From: Erythrobacter sp.
Lineage (GTDB): Bacteria; Pseudomonadota; Alphaproteobacteria; Sphingomonadales; Sphingomonadaceae
Direction of reading: 5' to 3'
Assembly: GCA_046296035.1 (NCBI GenBank)
Contig: JBKBLZ010000001.1
Coordinates: 105,336 to 169,335, forward strand
Length of the DNA stretch: 64,000 nt
A program made the translations under genes and the position numbers. The notes beneath the pieces are model-generated. The model did no database searches and was not told the origin of the DNA. It was given only the letters and a program-made list of their open reading frames with translations. This document shows, one piece after another, positions 60,800 through 64,000 of this stretch. Position 1 is the stretch's first letter; each line of letters opens with the position of its first letter.

Positions 60800-63700
60800 G
60801 TGCCCGAGGCCCCGCTCACCCCCGACAAGCGCACGCTCGATATCGACCCGGCGGATATCGCGCCCCCGCCGCGCGCGGCTTTTGTCGAGCTGGGCGTGGC
60901 GAGCTGTTTCAGTTTTCTGCGCGGGGCATCCGATGCGGTCGATCTGGTGCTGGCGGCGCACGCGGCCGGTTATGACGCGCTGGGGATTGCCGATGCGAAC
61001 TCGATGGCAGGCGTGGTGCGCCTCCACACCGAGGCAAAGACGCTGAAGCTGCGCCCCGTGATCGGCTGCCGGATCGAGACGGTGGAAGGCCTCGCCTTGC
61101 TGGCCTACCCCGAGAATCGCGCCGCCTATGGCCGGTTGTGCCGCCTGATCAGCACGGGCCGGATGCAGACCCGGTCCGGGGAATGGCAAGACAAGGGCGT
61201 GTGCGAGATCGATCTCGCGCTGCTGGCGGAGCATTCTGAAGGTGTGCAGCTTATCCTGATGCCGCCCGATGATCTGGAGGCGCGGTTCACCATTCAGGTG
61301 CCGAGCAATGTGATTCCCTTCCGTCGTCCCGAACGTGATCCGGAGCCGCTGGCCGACAGCGATCCGGGCCTTCGCCGGGATGATGGACGGGAAATGGCTT
61401 TTGCCGACCTTCTTCCCCACCTCGTCCGCCAACTCCCCACCCTCAGCCACATCGCCGCCGCCTATCTCTATTGCGGCGATGATATTGCCCGGATCGAGCG
61501 ATTGGACGCACTCGCGCGCACCCATGGCCTTGGTCTGCTGGCGACCAACGATGTCCACTACCACGCGCCCGAACGCCGCGCGCTTCAGGACGTGATGACC
61601 GCGATCCGCCACAAGACCACGGTTGCGGCGGCCGGGCACCTGCTCCACCCCAATGCCGAACGGCACCTGAAATCCCCGGCCGAGATGCAGCGCCTGTTCG
61701 CCCGCTGGCCCCACGCGATTGCGGCGGCGCGCGCGGTGGCAGATCGGTGCCAGTTCAGTCTCGATGAACTGCGCTACGAATATCCCGAGGAAATTCACCC
61801 CGATGGCCAGACCCCTCAGGCATTCCTCGAAAGCGAGGTGTGGCAGGGGGCCGCTCGGCGCTATCCTGACGGCCTGCCCGAAACCGTCCGCGCCACGCTA
61901 AGCCGCGAGCTGGCGCTGATCGCCAAGCTTGATCTGGCGCGCTACTTCCTCACCATCAAGGACATCGTCGATTTCGCGCGCGGGTGCGATCCGCCGATCC
62001 TGTGCCAGGGGCGCGGCAGCGCCGCGAATTCGGCGGTGTGTTATGTGCTCGGCATCACCAGCGTCGATCCGGCCAGGCACCAGTTGCTGTTCGACCGCTT
62101 CATCTCGGAAGAACGAAAAGAACCGCCCGATATCGATGTCGATTTCGAGCACGAGCGGCGCGAGGAGGTGATCCAGTACATCTACCGCAAATATGGCCGC
62201 CACCGCGCTGGCTTGTGCGCCACCGTCATCCATTATCGTCCGCGTATGGCAATCCGCGAGGTGGGCAAGGCAATGGGCCTCAGCGAGGATGTCACCGGCG
62301 CGCTGGCACGCACCGTGTGGGGCGGGTGGGGACGCGAGATCAATCAAAAGCACGCCGCTGAAACCGGTCTCGACATCACCGATCCGCACCTGCGGCGCGT
62401 TCTGAAACTCACCGAGCAGATGATTGGAATGCCGCGCCATCTTGGCCAGCATGTCGGCGGGTTCATCCTTACGGAAAACCCGCTGATCGAGACCGTGCCA
62501 ATCGGCAACGGGGCCATGCCCGAACGCAGCTTCATTGAATGGGACAAGGACGACATCGAGGCGCTGGGCATCCTCAAGGTTGATGTGCTGGCGCTGGGGA
62601 TGCTGACCTGCATCCGCAAATGCCTCGATCTGCTGGGGGTGCATCATGGCCGCCGTTTGAGCCTCGCCACCGTCCCGCGCGAGGATCCGGAGACTTATGC
62701 GATGCTGCGGCGCGGGGATTCGCTGGGCGTGTTCCAGGTCGAAAGCCGGGCGCAGATGAACATGCTGCCGCGCCTGCGCCCGCGTGAGTTCTACGATCTC
62801 GTCATCCAGGTCGCGATCGTGCGTCCCGGGCCGATTCAGGGCGACATGGTGCACCCCTATCTCAAGCGCCGCCGTGGGGCGGAAGCCGTGCAGATCCCCG
62901 CACCTTCGCCCGAACACGGCCCCCCCGACGAACTCACCAGCATCCTTGGCCGCACGCTGGGCGTGCCGATCTTTCAGGAACAGGCGATGAAGATCGCGCT
63001 GGATGCGGCGAAATTTTCGAGCCTTGAAGCCAACCGCCTGCGCAAGGCAATGGCGACCTTCCGCAGCCGCGGGATGGTGGACGAACTGCAGGACATGATG
63101 GTCGAACGCATGGTCGCGCGCGGCTATGATCGCGATTTCGCGCAGCGCTGCTTCAACCAGATCAGGGGCTTCGGCGAATATGGCTTCCCCGAAAGCCACG
63201 CGGCGAGTTTTGCCCAGCTCGTCTATGTCTCAAGCTGGCTCAAGTGCCATTACCCGGCCGCCTTCGCCTGCGGCCTGCTCAATTCGCAGCCGATGGGGTT
63301 TTATGCGCCGGCCCAGATCGTGCGCGATGCGGCCGAGCACGGGGTGCGGGTGCTGCCCGTGGATGTGAATGCGAGCGGGTGGGACTGCACGCTGGAAGGG
63401 GAAGCCCTGCGCCTTGGCCTCAGGCAAATCGACGGCTTGCCCGAACACGTCGCCGCCGCGCTGGTGAGTGCGCGCGAAGCGAGTGGGGCTTTTCGCGATA
63501 TTGCCGATCTGCGCGCTCGCACCGGGTTGTCGCCGGCGCAGATCGAGCGGCTTGCCAGCGCCGACGCCTTTGCCTCGCTGGGCCTCAGCCGCAGGCAGGC
63601 GCTGTGGGATGCACGCAGCCTGATTGCAGCGCCTGATCTGCCGCTGTTCCGCGCGATGGGCGTGCGCGAAGAGGGGGGTGAGCGCCGGGCGATTGCGCTC

Positions 63701-64000
63701 CCCGCCATGCCGCTGTCGGAGGAAGTGGTGGCCGATTACCAGACCACCCGCCTCAGCCTGAAGGCGCACCCGCTGGCCTTCCTGCGCCCCGACCTTGCCG
63801 CGCGTGGTTTCGTGCGGGCGAGCGATCTGCGCAAACACAAGTTCCGCTCCATGGTGCAGGTCGCGGGCGTGGTGCTGATCCGCCAGCGACCGGGCAGCGC
63901 CAAGGGCGTGACCTTCATCACACTCGAAGATGAGACCGGGGTCATCAATCTCGTGGTCTGGCCCGATCTCAAGGAAAAGCTGCGCAAGGTGGTGATGGGC
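60800..64000 (+). CDS. dnaE2: Error-prone DNA polymerase DnaE2/ImuC (3' end lies outside window)
   Basis: Frame from GTG 60800: FSFLRGAS (PHP), ATNDVHYH, CQGRGSAANSAVCY, EPPDIDVDFEHERREE, GVFQVESRAQM, YGFPESHAASFA, RQRPGSAKGV; absent from the ORF track, consistent with no stop in the window. Confidence 0.96.
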   Translation, partial: MPEAPLTPDKRTLDIDPADIAPPPRAAFVELGVASCFSFLRGASDAVDLVLAAHAAGYDALGIADANSMAGVVRLHTEAKTLKLRPVIGCRIETVEGLALLAYPENRAAYGRLCRLISTGRMQTRSGEWQDKGVCEIDLALLAEHSEGVQLILMPPDDLEARFTIQVPSNVIPFRRPERDPEPLADSDPGLRRDDGREMAFADLLPHLVRQLPTLSHIAAAYLYCGDDIARIERLDALARTHGLGLLATNDVHYHAPERRALQDVMTAIRHKTTVAAAGHLLHPNAERHLKSPAEMQRLFARWPHAIAAARAVADRCQFSLDELRYEYPEEIHPDGQTPQAFLESEVWQGAARRYPDGLPETVRATLSRELALIAKLDLARYFLTIKDIVDFARGCDPPILCQGRGSAANSAVCYVLGITSVDPARHQLLFDRFISEERKEPPDIDVDFEHERREEVIQYIYRKYGRHRAGLCATVIHYRPRMAIREVGKAMGLSEDVTGALARTVWGGWGREINQKHAAETGLDITDPHLRRVLKLTEQMIGMPRHLGQHVGGFILTENPLIETVPIGNGAMPERSFIEWDKDDIEALGILKVDVLALGMLTCIRKCLDLLGVHHGRRLSLATVPREDPETYAMLRRGDSLGVFQVESRAQMNMLPRLRPREFYDLVIQVAIVRPGPIQGDMVHPYLKRRRGAEAVQIPAPSPEHGPPDELTSILGRTLGVPIFQEQAMKIALDAAKFSSLEANRLRKAMATFRSRGMVDELQDMMVERMVARGYDRDFAQRCFNQIRGFGEYGFPESHAASFAQLVYVSSWLKCHYPAAFACGLLNSQPMGFYAPAQIVRDAAEHGVRVLPVDVNASGWDCTLEGEALRLGLRQIDGLPEHVAAALVSAREASGAFRDIADLRARTGLSPAQIERLASADAFASLGLSRRQALWDARSLIAAPDLPLFRAMGVREEGGERRAIALPAMPLSEEVVADYQTTRLSLKAHPLAFLRPDLAARGFVRASDLRKHKFRSMVQVAGVVLIRQRPGSAKGVTFITLEDETGVINLVVWPDLKEKLRKVVMG
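61321..61387. repeat. Palindromic element in-frame within dnaE2
   Basis: CCGTCGTCCCG...CGGGATGATGG imperfect terminal inverted repeat; translates RRPERDPEPLADSDPGLRRDDG; opposite strand reads IIPAKARI. Confidence 0.7.

Overview
GC-rich alphaproteobacterial chromosomal segment; gene content and order suggest Sphingomonadales (Erythrobacter/Porphyrobacter-like), inferred without a database search. It is mostly core genes: secA (5' truncated), NAD kinase, mfd, sdhE, recG, thyA, branched-chain 2-oxoacid dehydrogenase E1a/E1b/E2, zapA-6S RNA-ygfA, tkt-gap-pgk-class I aldolase, thiE, efp, suhB, aceA with a divergent RamB/ScfR-type regulator, and panB. It also holds four tRNAs, a PEP-CTERM/XrtA regulatory module (sugar transferase-prsK-prsR-TPR) and an enlarged LexA-controlled mutagenesis cassette (imuA-imuB-PilZ-radical SAM-DUF4130/UdgX-dnaE2, 3' truncated). 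No integrase, transposase, prophage or CRISPR array is visible. The most notable unexplained signal is a 19-codon ORF missing from the ORF track (20317-20376, MDIFKGIWAWCIELFGTRN). It has a near-perfect Shine-Dalgarno, two tandem perfect CtrA boxes upstream and an intrinsic terminator downstream, and it directly follows a membrane CHASE2-EAL sensor. This could be a cell-cycle-regulated peptide plus c-di-GMP receptor module. Other signals are several small intergenic repeat families, a palindromic element inserted in-frame in dnaE2, and a decayed YeeE/YedE gene.
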